Shown piece after piece: positions 25,729 through 38,268 of a stretch of DNA of 64,000 bases. Positions within the stretch are counted from its first letter, which is position 1, and the number at the start of each line of letters is the position of its first letter. Source of the stretch: Mytilus californianus (Eukaryota); assembly GCF_021869535.1 (NCBI RefSeq), contig NW_026262701.1:35960001-36024000 (forward strand), in the 5' to 3' direction. The notes below the pieces were generated by a model, which did no database searches, was not told where the DNA came from, and saw nothing but the letters and a program-made list of their open reading frames with translations. A program made the translations under genes and the position numbers.

Positions 25729-26857
25729 CCTCCTTATAGAACTGAAATGTTTGCCACAAATTTGCAGCAGACCTGCTGCAGATGTGCGGCAAACAAAAAG
25801 TTTGCAGGAAAACAGAAAATAGTGTTTGCAGATGTTTGCCGCTAGCTGCAAACTTCCAGCAAACATTGCAGTTTTTTGCTGCAAGCTTGCGGCAAGTTTG
25901 CGGAAACACCAATGTTTGCAGTAAGATTGAAAGATAGTTAAGATAATAAAGAATGTTTGCCGCTAGATTGCAGAAATATTTTACCATTCTATATGTTTGC
26001 AAGAACATTGCAAGAATTACACAATATTGTCTGGGCATGCCTAGTTGTCACTTCCTGGAAGCTGACAATTTGAAATTTTGGGCTAGGTCATCTTGATTGT
26101 GTTGGAGAAATGTTATATGCAAGAGATCAAAGAGGCATTTTGGTTCATTAATATAGGACATTCAATATGTAATTTTGTAAGTACAAATTATTCATAGAAC
26201 TGTAGATTTAATAAAATAATTAATGTCACCATAATACAAAATTAAGTTAACAACTATGTTTGAAATACTCTAGCTGTTATAAGTTTGGATTTTGTTACTG
26301 ATTGAATATATACCGTTTAATAAAGTTCATTTCAATTCTGTAATGAAAGTATTACCTATCTTAATGCTCAATACACATTTGAGATTTATCCGTTTTTATT
26401 TCTTTATATATATATTTACACTTGAGCATGACCCCCATTCAAAAAAGTATTTCTTTAAATATATTCACTAAATCATAGATAAATTTGCAAGTATTCTTTC
26501 AATGGCTGTATATATGTGCAGGAAGTTCTTTTTTTAGAATTTTGATGTGAAAATTTGAAAGAGATAAATTGAATGTGTCTACTCACATGACATTGGTATA
26601 TATGTAGTTCCTGCAAGTTTGCTGCAAACAAGCAGCAGAAAAAAATAACTGGTATAAAAAGTTTGCGACAAGTTTGCGGCAAGTTTGCAGCAAATCTAAT
26701 TTGTAAAATTATGTTTGCCGCAAGCTTACCATAAGCTTCATTTGCATGGTAAAATGGTTGCGGCAAGACTGCAGTAAATGTTTGCTGCAATCTTGCAGCA
26801 ATGTTTGCTGCTAGTTTGCTGCAAACGTTTGCCACAAGGCTTATTTTTCGGAAAGGG
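25729..26857. mobile_element. Non-autonomous DNA element with CC(T)CCTT...AAGGG ends and many GCAAGTTTGC/GCAAAC subterminal repeats (CACTA/EnSpm-like)
   Basis: Two repeat-rich arms around an AT-rich core; it splits a copy of repeat family C. Superfamily is inferred from the termini and a possible 2-bp TSD. Confidence 0.65.
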
Positions 26858-26989
26858 GGATGGATACCTCATATCCTTTGTTTTTCTATTATAATAACAG
26901 AGTTTGTCTCTCGTGCTGTGTGGAGGCCGTAGAAAGTTTCCCCGTGCTTGATATGTATGCTCTTCTGTATTTTTTAAAGTTATGGTGTA

Positions 26990-27760
26990 TTCATTCTTGA
27001 GATAACTTCTCTTATCTGTGCCATATCATTCTCTCAGTCGATCTTTCTCATAACTCTGTTCGAGCAGTTTTTTTTATTTAATCTAGAGCATCTCCCTATT
27101 CATGAAGTCCGTACAGTGCCAATGTGCATAAGCGTAACGTATCAATTGAGATATGTAAACACCATACGATGGAGCAGAGGGTATATTACTGTACGAATGG
27201 GAAGTTGAAAATTGGAAAGTGGGATCATCACGTTTGTCATAGATTCTACTTTGAAGTCGTCCATATGTGTCATTATCAAGGAAAAAATCAAGACATCAAG
27301 CTGACCTTCTAGTTTCAGGTTCACTTGTGTATATGAGATGGTAGCACTCACTGAATTGTGGGTAATTGATTGACAGGACATCATTATCTGAAAATGAAAT
27401 TTAAAGAACTTTGCGAGATGTTCTTTTTTCTTTTTGCCTTGTTGAAAAATAGCATAAATATATATGAGTTTGAGATTGTTATGATATATGATTCCATCTT
27501 CAGGAATTTTATCAAATGGGTATTTCACCACCACATTTATATCGTTATATTATCTATATACCTATCAAATGTAGGAATTGTAGTTTTGGTATTTCATTTT
27601 CGGATATTAGACTTATTGCATATGGTAAAGATAATAATTTACCGTTGTTGTTCAGTAATTGCATCCAAAATTTGTGTAGATGAAAATCAACGCCCTTATT
27701 TATAGTTTGAAGCAGCCTAAACTGTTCTTTTTTATATTCCGCATTGAAATTATCCACAAA
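26990..27760 (-). mobile_element. Decayed Penelope-like RT fragment
   Basis: With frameshifts reads DVLSINYPQFSE...GRLQSRIYDKRDD...SNIPSAPSYGVYISQLIRYA...KKLLEQSYEKDRL. Confidence 0.75.
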
Positions 27761-28494
27761 TTCATACTGAACACTGCAACTAACCGTGTCTTTATAAACC
27801 GTTTATGAGCTGAGCCCGTAACATGGTAAGACAAAGTTATTATGTGTGATACCTGTAAACAGTAGTATCACAGTTCCTGTCTGTCCATTAGCTCACGAAC
27901 ATACAATATCCTAGCAGACGACAGTGCCATAGCATGGGATTGCCTTATTTGCGACTGTCCAAAATTACAGCTCAGTATGCTTTGAACTGCTGCTGACAAC
28001 CTCAAATCCCCTCAGTATCCTGTCTGATTCATCACTTTAGAGTCCACTTCCATATGACTGCATCAAACCTATTCATGCATCCACAGCTGAGAGAAAGAAC
28101 CAGAATATACACTCAAAATCCAAAACTATGCCAATCAAGATGCTCTCAGTCCATTAAATCAAAACAAGGACTAGTCAAAAATCTAGTTGAAAGCACCAAA
28201 CCAGATATTGTCCTAGGTACAGAAACATAGATAGACTCCTCTATAACAGATAATCAAATATTTCCACCAAACTATAATATGGTATGTACAGAAACAATCG
28301 CAATATAAAAGGAGGGAGAGTGCTTATAGCGACCATCTAAGCACACATGTGCCTGAACTGCAAACCAATAGCGAAATTGTGTGGGCTAAAATAAGTCTAT
28401 CTGGAAACAAAGATATTTATCTTGCATCATATTACAACCCAGAAACAGCAAACGAAGAAAGCCTTGAAGAGCTGGGACACAGTCTAGAACGGGT

Positions 28495-29181
28495 AATTGC
28501 AATAAAACTTGCTTTCTTGCCAGTGTCTGAGCAGAACGTTGATGAACCATAGATATATCAAAGAACTTCTCGTCCTTTTTCTAAAAAAGTTCATCGGAAG
28601 ATACCAAGACCTTGTTGGTAAATATTCCGTATCAACTTCACAAATAATACACGATGGTCTTGAAGTATAGATTCTAGGTACTGACGTTGTTTATCATCTT
28701 AATTACTTTTTATAGTGTTCTTTTATTTGTCTTTGTAAATTATTACTTTTACTGTTTAGTCTATTTTGGTGTTTTTTTTGTATTCTTGCCTTTCGTTTTT
28801 GCTGATGTGCTTTGTCTATATGCCTTTTTGTATTTCTTTGTTGACATATTTATCTGTTTTTATATGGATTAAGATTATAACACAATGTTGACTGATGTTC
28901 CCCCTATTTTTGACATTATATGTCTGTTTGTTTTGTTCACACAATGTTGTCAATATAATTGAATTTTATGCGACTGTCATACAAGTGAGAGGTTTAGCTA
29001 GCTATAAAACCAGGTTTAATCCACTATTTTCTACATAAGAAAATGCCTGTACCAAGTCAGGAATATAACAGTTGTTATCCATTCGTTGATGTGTTTGAGC
29101 TTTTGACTTTGTCATTTGATTAGGGACTATCCGTTTTGAATTTTCCTCGGAGTTCGGTATTTTTTGATATTTTACTTTTTC
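28495..29181 (+). mobile_element. Insertion in the LINE endonuclease: 3' end of a second Penelope-like family plus dispersed repeat B (ggtttagctagctataaaaccagg)
   Basis: LINE frame breaks after GHSLER and resumes at IVVGGDFN. The insert reads CLSRTLMNHRYIKELLVLFLKKFIGRYQDLVGKYSVSTSQIIHDGLEV*. An inverted copy of repeat B lies at about 23210-23415. Confidence 0.75.
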
Positions 29182-30726
29182 ATAGTAGTTGGTGGTGATT
29201 TCAACCTTCCAGGCTGGAATTGGTTAACAAGAACTCTAAAACCAGACTCTACTTGAAAAAATTACACTACAAATTTGACGACAGCTTAAACGACAATGGC
29301 CTTATACAACTGGAAGAGGAACAAACAAGAGGTCCCAATACATTGAACCTAGGGATCACAAACAACCCGTTACGCTTCACTCGTATCAAATTAATACCTG
29401 GGGTGTCAGACCACGATATTGTCTTCAGTGAAATAGAGACCAAGCCTATATCAAGGAAGCAAAAACCAAAAAAAATACCCTTATATGGGAAAGCAAACTG
29501 GGAAACTATCAAACAGGAAATGAATGAAACTCATCAGAAGGTCAAAGAATTAGCTGCAAATTGGAGTTCAGCGGAGAAACTCTGGTTACTGTTCAAATCC
29601 AAGCTCAACCAGAGTGTAACAAATCATATCCCGCAGAAAACTGTAAAACAGAAAGATAACATCCCTTAGCTCACTCCGAATGTACGCAAGTTAATACGTC
29701 GTCGGGACAGATTGCACAAAAAAAAGGCAGCAGATTCAAAAACCACCACAAAATTTAAAAAAAAACAAGCAAATGGTTCAGAGAGAACTCCGTCGTGCAT
29801 ACTGGAATTACATTAAAAACATAGTATCACATAAAGAGGAAAACAAGCAATACAGTAATATGAACAGTTCTGGACATACATAAAACATAAATGAAAAGAG
29901 AGCAATGGCGTGGCACCACTACATAGTGAGGGATTACTACATTCGCACCCAGTAGACAAAGCAACCATCCTTAATAAACCGTTCCAATCAGCTTTCTCCA
30001 TCACAGATACATACAATCAACGTGAGTTCTTATCTCGATGTCAGTTGTCAGGTGAAAACCCTTCTGCAGAGGAACATAACACAACAGAAAACGGAATACT
30101 AAAATAACTTACGAAAATTAATCTAAATTAAGTAGCAGGACCCGACAATATAAGACCAAGATTACTACAAGAACTGGCATCGGAAATAGCCCCAATTCTT
30201 ACAATCATCTTTAAAACATCAATTGAAACAGGGGACGTACCATCTGATTGGAGGAATATCAATGCTAGTCCAGTCTTCAGAGAATTATCGACCATCATCT
30301 CTGACTTGTATCTGCTGCAAACTTACAGATCACATTATCACAAGCCACTTCATGAACCATGCAGATCGCCCGCAAACTCTCTACCAATTACAAAACGGCT
30401 TTCGTTCTAAACGATCTTGCGAAACCCAGCTTATTGAATTTGTGGACGGCATCACCAACAACATGAGTGCAGGCAAACAGACAGATGTACTGATTATGGT
30501 TACAGTCTCCTCGTACATAAACTCGAACACTATGGAATCAGAGGAAATGTCAATAGGTGGATTGCTATCTTCCTGTCGCATCCAAGAAGCAGTAGTAGTG
30601 GACGGATAGAGCTCATCACATATTTATGTAGAGTCTGGGGTACCCCATGTCTCAATCTTTTGGCCTTCACTATCCCTTTTCTACATTAACGATATGCCCG
30701 ATGGAATTAAATCCACTATCCGCCTA

Positions 30727-31119
30727 GTGTGTTCTTATAGGATCACCAGTCCTTCACCTTTCATCTGATACCTTAATTACTAAAATATATGCTACAAAGT
30801 TTAAGATTTACACCTGTGCGTAGGAACTATTTGGTTTTAAATATGTACGTCTTTCCAGTATGTTCTTTTTTGACCGGGCCCGATTAGGTGGTGTTACATC
30901 TTACAAAGTCTATCCAAATTATTTTTGCAAAGAATTCCGCTCAAACCGGTGCTTGGGGCGGTCTTAAACTTGCAGTGTGGTGAGAGTCTCACTGTGACTT
31001 TCAGATGAAGAACAGCAATAAAAGCGCTGTTCCTTTGCTTTTTGTGTGTTTTTTTTGCTGTGCATATACTGATTTTGTGTCATGGATGGATACCTCATAT
31101 CCTATGATTTTCTATATTA
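30727..31119 (+). mobile_element. 393-bp dispersed repeat family C inserted in the LINE RT at a duplicated TA
   Basis: cgccTA[insert]TA tttgcagatgac; homologs at 25651-26895 (interrupted) and 57478-57682 (minus). Confidence 0.85.
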
Positions 31120-33769
31120 TTTGCAGATGACACTATAGCATACCTTACTATATCAACCGACAAAGCCTCGAACGACTTACAAAAAGATCTGGATAAACTA
31201 GCTACATGGAAAAACAAATGGAAAATGGCCTTCCACCAAGACAAGTGCAATGTACTTACTATCAGCCGGAAAAAATATATCATTACAACATCATACAATC
31301 TACATAGTCCCACTCTAGAACATATCCGTCAAAAGCGCCATATACCTAGGCTGCACATTCACAAAAAATGAAATGACCATGTTAATAACGTATGTTATAA
31401 AGCCAATTGAATTATCGGCTTCCTAAAACCAAATCTGAACATTGGATCTACTTCAGTCGTAAGACCTATAACAGAATACGCCAATCCAGTATGGGATCCA
31501 TACTTTAAAACAAGACTAGAGATGGTCCAGAGACGAGCAGCACATTAAGTGATGAATAAACACCATGATCACTCGAGTGTAAGCAAGATGCTAAATCAAA
31601 TAGAATGGAGATCCCTAGAACAAAGACGAAAAGATGCAAGACTCACCATGCTCTTTGAAATAATAAATGATAAAGTTGCAGTGACAAAGGAAGGTCGTCT
31701 GATGCCACCAAAACGACTGTCAAGGAACATGCATGACAGAAGCTTCCAAATTCTAGCATCATCAAGTGATTACCGGAAATATTCTTTCTTCCTACAAACC
31801 ATCAGAGATTGGAACACTCTACCTCCTGGGGTTGTATCAGCACTGTCAGTCGTGGTTTCAAAGCCTCGGTGACAAAGCTGAACTAAATTCAAACATTATG
31901 GGGGATGGGGTGAGGGAGGGGTCCGTATGCGCACCAAAGTCATGGCAGAATATGCAGTTCGTTGATTGTGACCATTAGAATAAGTTGTTGATAAGAAGCA
32001 GACCTTCTTGTATCTATAGATACATTTATTCCAAAACCACAAGGATATGTGTGAAGAAAATACTCGCTAAGGAAACAAAGGATTATTGAGTGAGAGGATA
32101 CCATGTGTTTACATATATTTGAACGTGGAATCAAAGGTATTTGCAAATATATTAATTTTAGTTTTTTAAAGATTTTTTTAAAGTTCAAATGAGTGCAAGA
32201 AGAAGCAGATTAGCATACTTGTATGCTCAAAGTTGGTACTCATTGAAAACAGATTTTGTTTTGAAAAATCCTTACCTAAAGATTAAAACTATTCTCAATG
32301 TCGAAGTTGACCATAGTCAGTTGTGTCTGTCCATATCGTTTTGTTTTTAATGTTTACATTTTACGCCCATTTGTGTGCTTTAACATTTCTTTCACGGCTA
32401 CTTACTTTCCGTCTAAAGAGTTACTAGTACATGACGAATGTCGCTAGAGGACGACCCTAGAATAGTGATATTTTTTAAACATACATAAATTCTTAATATC
32501 TGTGTTAAGCTATTTTTCATACCAATTAGTTCCACATGATTTTATTGTTTTTCGTTAAGACATAAATAATGCAGCTTAGCATAAATTCTTAACATTCTAA
32601 AACATTACAATTTAGTAACATCTTTCTTTATATGGTATCATGCGTGATATTTTTTTTCTTATCTTCAAGCACTCTTATATATCATCTACGTCTTGTTACC
32701 ATCAAATCTTGTATAGATTAAAAAAAGTCATACTATCCATATGTCACGCGAGATTTATTTTATTATCTCTATTTTGACGGACACTATGTATAGTTCTCTT
32801 AAAGCTGATAAAGTCCGGATATAAATCCCCGGGTACAGTAAAATGACTTTTAGATTGAAAGGTTATCAGTAAATCAGACATTAACATTTCAGCTCCCGCG
32901 ACCATACATGATCCTCAAAATACCACATCTGCGGCTATATAAATTATCACTTGTAGAATAAACAGGACGGAAAATAAACCTTTGTAAGTGATTTGATAGT
33001 AGTAAATGGAGCAATGATATGGTTTAATTATTGGTATGTACTGATGTACCTGGACATTATAGCAATAACACATACTGTTTTTGGTATATTAACCACATCC
33101 TTTGGTTGAGTCTTGCTCTTAACCAAAAGTTTGCACAAATATGCAAATTATATCTGCATTCAGGGGAATATAAAACATCAAAACCCTAAATATAACAAAC
33201 CAAACTAAATAAGGCAAGTCTTGCATGGAGCATTGGCAGGTTTAAAATTATAAACTACTATTATATGATTATCCAACCTATACCAAAAGATAGATTATGG
33301 TAAAAACTAATATAAAAACAGATCTAAAAAAAATTTACTGAGACGTTTACGCTGAGATAAATTCAGTACTGTGATGAAATAAGCATGCAGTCGTTTAAGA
33401 TCTGTTCTTTCGTTTTTTTAGTATGTTTATCGGGTGCTATTTATTGTTGCTGAACAAGAAATGTTATATGGCCTTGCTGGGGAGTACTTGATTGCCTGGA
33501 AAGAGACAGAAGAGATCATAGATTGTCTGGCAAGTAGTTCACGAAATTTGGATTGTCTGTAAAATGGTTGACGTAAACTGGATTGCCTGTAAAGTGATTG
33601 AGGAGATCTGGATTTACTTCATGCAAAATTTCTGAACAATATTGACATAAAAAGTAAAATTTAGAAAAAGCTTGAAATCGTAAGATGACTTTAGACATTT
33701 AAAATTACGCTTAGGTAAAAATGTCATTTGCAGTCTACAACCTATTTACATACAGAAGAGTTTTCAAGA

Positions 33770-34075
33770 CATATAAACTTTACGACAAAAGAAGTGACTT
33801 AAATTTTCTCATTGTGAACTTTCCACTTTAGTGTAGCACTATTTCAGCAGCGTCTACTTATATATTTGCATGGTTAATACGATGTTTCAGGACTTGTGTT
33901 TTTATCATGTGTTCCTTGATAGAAGTTTCAAGGGTCCAAATGGTGCATGGAGACATCCCTTCAAAAGTTTTTTTCGGACGCCACTTTGATTTGTTTGAAA
34001 GTTAAAGAATATCTGAGTCACAGATGACCACAGATATGTTTCAGTTGTTGTAGCCATAATCCCGTTCTCTTTCTA
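33770..34075 (+). mobile_element. Decayed Penelope-like RT thumb fragment
   Basis: KLYDKRSDLNFLIVNFP...SLQKFFGRHFDL...SQMTTDMF with stops and frameshifts. Confidence 0.7.
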
Positions 34076-35044
34076 GATTGCAATATCATCGATTTGTTAG
34101 TATAACAAGTAATACAATAATATGAAAGTTCTTTTTACAATATAAACTATGAATATATACAGCAATATATATACAGTATAAGTAGATGTTGGATATGCGT
34201 GAATTAAACAGCAACCGAAAGACAGATATAACCAAACACCTAAAAGGCAGCATACATGCAGTCTTCCACAATAGACAGGTGTGTGTACAATATGTTGGGT
34301 TCTAAATCGTCCCGAGTCTATGGCAAGCCGTTGTGGGTTAATAGATCGTTTGTTTATATTAAAAAAAAACATTTGTTAATACATGTATTACAAAATAAAT
34401 TTAATAATATTTAAAATATATTTACAAATGAACGCAACGAGTTATTGGACCAGCTACTTAACCAATATAACAAATCATCTAGAATATGGCGTTATCCAAA
34501 GTGTTCATTTGTATATGGTGAGTTCTGGAGCACTTATCTAGAGTTTTTTGACATGTTGTTCATATAGTGTGAAGTTATATGTATACATATGGGTGTCAAA
34601 TAGCCACTTCGATATCGAGGTCAACGAGTTCACATGAACTGCTGAAGGTCGTATAATGACAACAACTAAAGATTCAATATTTTTTTAAAAGTCGAAGTGG
34701 AGTCTTTGTTTGATAAAATACTTAGCTTACACTCTACATTTTGGGACAGGCATATTTACACAAAAGCGACTTTGCCACTGTGACATTTCTTTTCAAGTAA
34801 AAATGTCTACTTTTAAGATTAATAATAAGAAAATATACATTTTTGTTTTCCTGTTTTGCATTTTTTACGTAGTCGTTGTTTGCATAACGTCCATTGGCAA
34901 GTATTTCATGCACATTCATGACGATTGATTTATTATAAAAGAGTGATTCTGTCATGAACCTGGTATTTATGGAAACATCATAAAATCACCATGATAACAA
35001 TATCTACATATGCACATTTAAAAGGAAGGAAATATCTAATACCT

Positions 35045-35281
35045 GAGAGTCTGGATGGGGTTTACAGAATAGAGAATAATGGGCAAAATGTGCAGAATAA
35101 ATGGCAAAAAAAATTATAAAGAATAGAGAAAATTAGGGCAAACAAATATAGAATAGAGAATAATGGGGTGCTAAAATATAAAGAATAGAGAATAATGGGC
35201 AAAAAATATAAAGAGTAGAGAAAAATTACCTGAAAAATAAAGAATACCGAAATGAAGTACATGTACCCCATCCAGAACCTC
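35045..35281. mobile_element. MITE with GAG...CTC termini, 6-bp TSD ATACCT and internal agaatagagaa repeats
   Basis: GAGAGTCTGGATGGGGT ... ACCCCATCCAGAACCTC; ATACCT at 35039-35044 and 35282-35287. Confidence 0.8.
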
Positions 35282-36153
35282 ATACCTTTCTTTTACCATT
35301 TATACTGTCAGTCTTGGTTTTATGTTAAAGTCATGAGAATTTCAATAGCACGAATCTTCAAAAACATTATTTGAGATCTATGAATACCAGATTGATTCAA
35401 TAACAATTCACTATCGAAAAAAGTAAAATTAAGTTTAGCATGAGTATATATATAATATGATATATAAATAAAAAAAGAGGTGGGTAAACATTAATGAGAC
35501 GGCAATCCAACAACCCAAAAAATTAAAAACGACAACTAAAAGTCTATAGAGTCAACAAAAAGTCTTCAAAATTCGGAATGGAGTTCGTTCAAAACATAAC
35601 CAACACATTTTCATCATCAAAGTTAACCTTGAACTCAATTGAAAACACAGCAAAGTGATTGTGTTGTCATTTTTTAAAGACTTTTTTGTGAAGTATGAAC
35701 ATCATTTTCTTATTTAGTTGTATCAATTTTAACATATGCCTATGTTATATGCCTCCATTGACTTTTGGATGGTCTATAAAGGTAACTATCACAGAAAGAG
35801 ACTTGTGTTTAGCAATAATATTACATTGTTATTATTATTATTCCTTGCAAGAAACGCTTTATAACGTAACCTCTTTTTACAGTTATAATCGTCATTTCAA
35901 ATATGCACTGCAATCGACTTTTCTACTATACAAGTACAGGGTGGCAGATAACATGAAGCGATAAAAGTTTAATATAGACGTTTATAGTCTCCTGGTATCC
36001 TGCTTCTGTTACGAGCGCACAGTTATGTTCAAATTACTGTTTACGAAACAGTTCAATTTAGCGTCCTTATTGCGGTCGCGTAAGTCATGTTGATTTCATT
36101 CAACAACTATTTGGATGGGGAAAACCTTTACGTTTATTGCATGATAAAAACAA

Positions 36154-36289
36154 TATTCGTACAGTGTAGGAAAATATAAATGTATTTGTACTCGCTACGA
36201 AAAGTGAAAAAATCTCGGCGAGCCTCACTTTTCTCTCGGTTTCTAAAGCTTGTCAAATAAATTTCATATTTTCCTACACTGTACGAATA
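36154..36289. mobile_element. Small fold-back element / MITE with about 35-bp imperfect arms
   Basis: tattcgtacagtgtaggaaaatat... / ...atattttcctacactgtacgaata. Confidence 0.7.
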
Positions 36290-38225
36290 ATATATATATA
36301 TATGTCTCTGATGTATGTAATGCATATCGAAAGTCATACCAAATTTGTTAACAGTCATTTTCTTTTGGACAGCAAAATCTCACTGAAACTTTTGAATGAT
36401 TAATTTAATACCAATCTATAATTAATGACAGTCACTAAGCGTATTTGTTAGTACTACACAATAATTTCTCTAATCTGTATCACTATTGAATTTGAAACAC
36501 CATGTGGTCAGCGGTTTGCGACATCTCCGACCATTAATGGACAATGAAATTATCGTTTCTTTCAATTGATAGCTGGTCTGTGATGGACCCGTTAGAACTA
36601 ATGGTTGCTATCGCCAATCTACTGAAATATTTATGATTTATGTTAATTCATTTTAGATGCTCTCAAAAGATTACAGTTTTATGATCATTGACGTGATCAA
36701 TTTTTGTCGCTTTAAACGTGAAATGGGGATTTCTGATAAATACACTTTGTTTAATATCAAAGAGAAGCGAAAAGATTTTTCCAGCAATTGGGATTCGTGA
36801 AAGGATGAATAATATATGAAATTAATTTCTTTGTGATGTTTCTTTTGTAGTTTCCTACTTCCACTTTTCTATATTTTATCGGCATGACAGATAGGTATAT
36901 TTTCATGTTTGTCGAAGTTGTTGATAAAAAAAAATTTAAACAGATTTAAGTAAAGAATGGATATCTATGTTTATTACATCTACTACTAAAATATACTAAT
37001 AAAAATAATATGAAAAAATTGCTATATTGATAAAGTGGCAACCACGGCAAAAAAATGTACAATTTTCAGTGCACGTCTTTCTGAAATAACATTCACCAAA
37101 GTACTCGGGGAGAAAGTGGATACCAAAAACATTCGAGCAGATCAAATCCAATATAGGTTTAATGTATTTTGTTACTGAGAATTTTCAGTCCCGATATTGT
37201 TTAAAAGATAAAAGGATAATTATATATTTTTATATACGTTTAGATGTTATGTAATCGATAAGGATGATCTAAAACGCTTTTAATATATCAAAAACTTCGT
37301 GCCATCTGTAGTCCTTTGTAAAATACAACAAAGCATGTTTAAAGTGGGTCATTCTAAAACATTTTTGTAGTTTGGAAGCATGTTTATTAAATGAGTGCCT
37401 TAACGTATGATATATAAGCATGTTTATTAATTAGGGACAATAACTTATGAGAGATGTAACATAAGTTTATAAGTGCTGTATTTACAATATAGATTAAATA
37501 CATATTGCATCAACATAAACTGAACAACGCAATGTCATGAATGGTTTACACAGTAAGTATTATTAAAAATAGATGATGGGTCAGATATAAAAGGCCCGAT
37601 GTGGCAAAATGTGAAAGAATTGAAACGAAAATACCGACGGCCTGATTTATGATCAATAATGACAGACAGCATCCAACGTAAACTACTGGAGTACATGCTC
37701 CTGACTTGGGACATAAAGCTCAATCCTCCCCATAACCTGGGACAAGTCTAGCTTAGATGAAAAGAATAAAACAGACTACCAAAGATCTGTCATTAATACC
37801 ACATCCTTACATAGACAATATAAAACACGAACGACCATGCAAAGATATGTCATTAATACATCATTCTTACATATACAATGTAAAAAAGAAGGCAGCAATT
37901 TAAAGAGAATGCTACAAAAACCTGATGATAATCCTGACTTTGGGACATTCACATAAACAAATGACGAATTTTAGTCGCCGAAGGTACTATCAACCTAAAG
38001 TAGCCAATGCTTCGGTATTTGCATGGTTTGAGTGAAACATTTTGTTTGCAAATTTAAACTAAGGTTGAAACTACCTCAGGCAAAGCTGGTCTCAGACACA
38101 GCGGCCTTAGACGATTTAAGCTCTGTTTTAGGTCCTCTTTGTGTTTAATGTATGGCTTTCCACATTTTGGTTACCATGGTACCCGGTGAAGGTGAGTATT
38201 AAACCACTTAAAAACTATCATTTGT

Positions 38226-38268
38226 CATCACAGAAGAGACATTTATTGTCGAAATGCGGATATAGTGC
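38226..38268 (+). ncRNA. Decayed type I hammerhead-ribozyme-like remnant
   Basis: CAGAAGA (CTGANGA with U4>A), GACA-tttat-TGTC stem II, GAAA, ATG-CG-GAT stem III with one mismatch. Confidence 0.45.

Larger units (their letters stand above)
27810..31886 (+). mobile_element. Decayed CR1/L2-group LINE (PHD finger, APE endonuclease, RT), interrupted by two insertions
   Basis: PHD CDTCKQxYHSSC...WDCLICDC; [31 protein letters not shown]; RT NGFRSKRSCETQL, LFYINDMP, IRL/FADD, CNVLTI; C-terminal SFFLQTIRDWNTLP; many stops and frameshifts. Confidence 0.92.
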
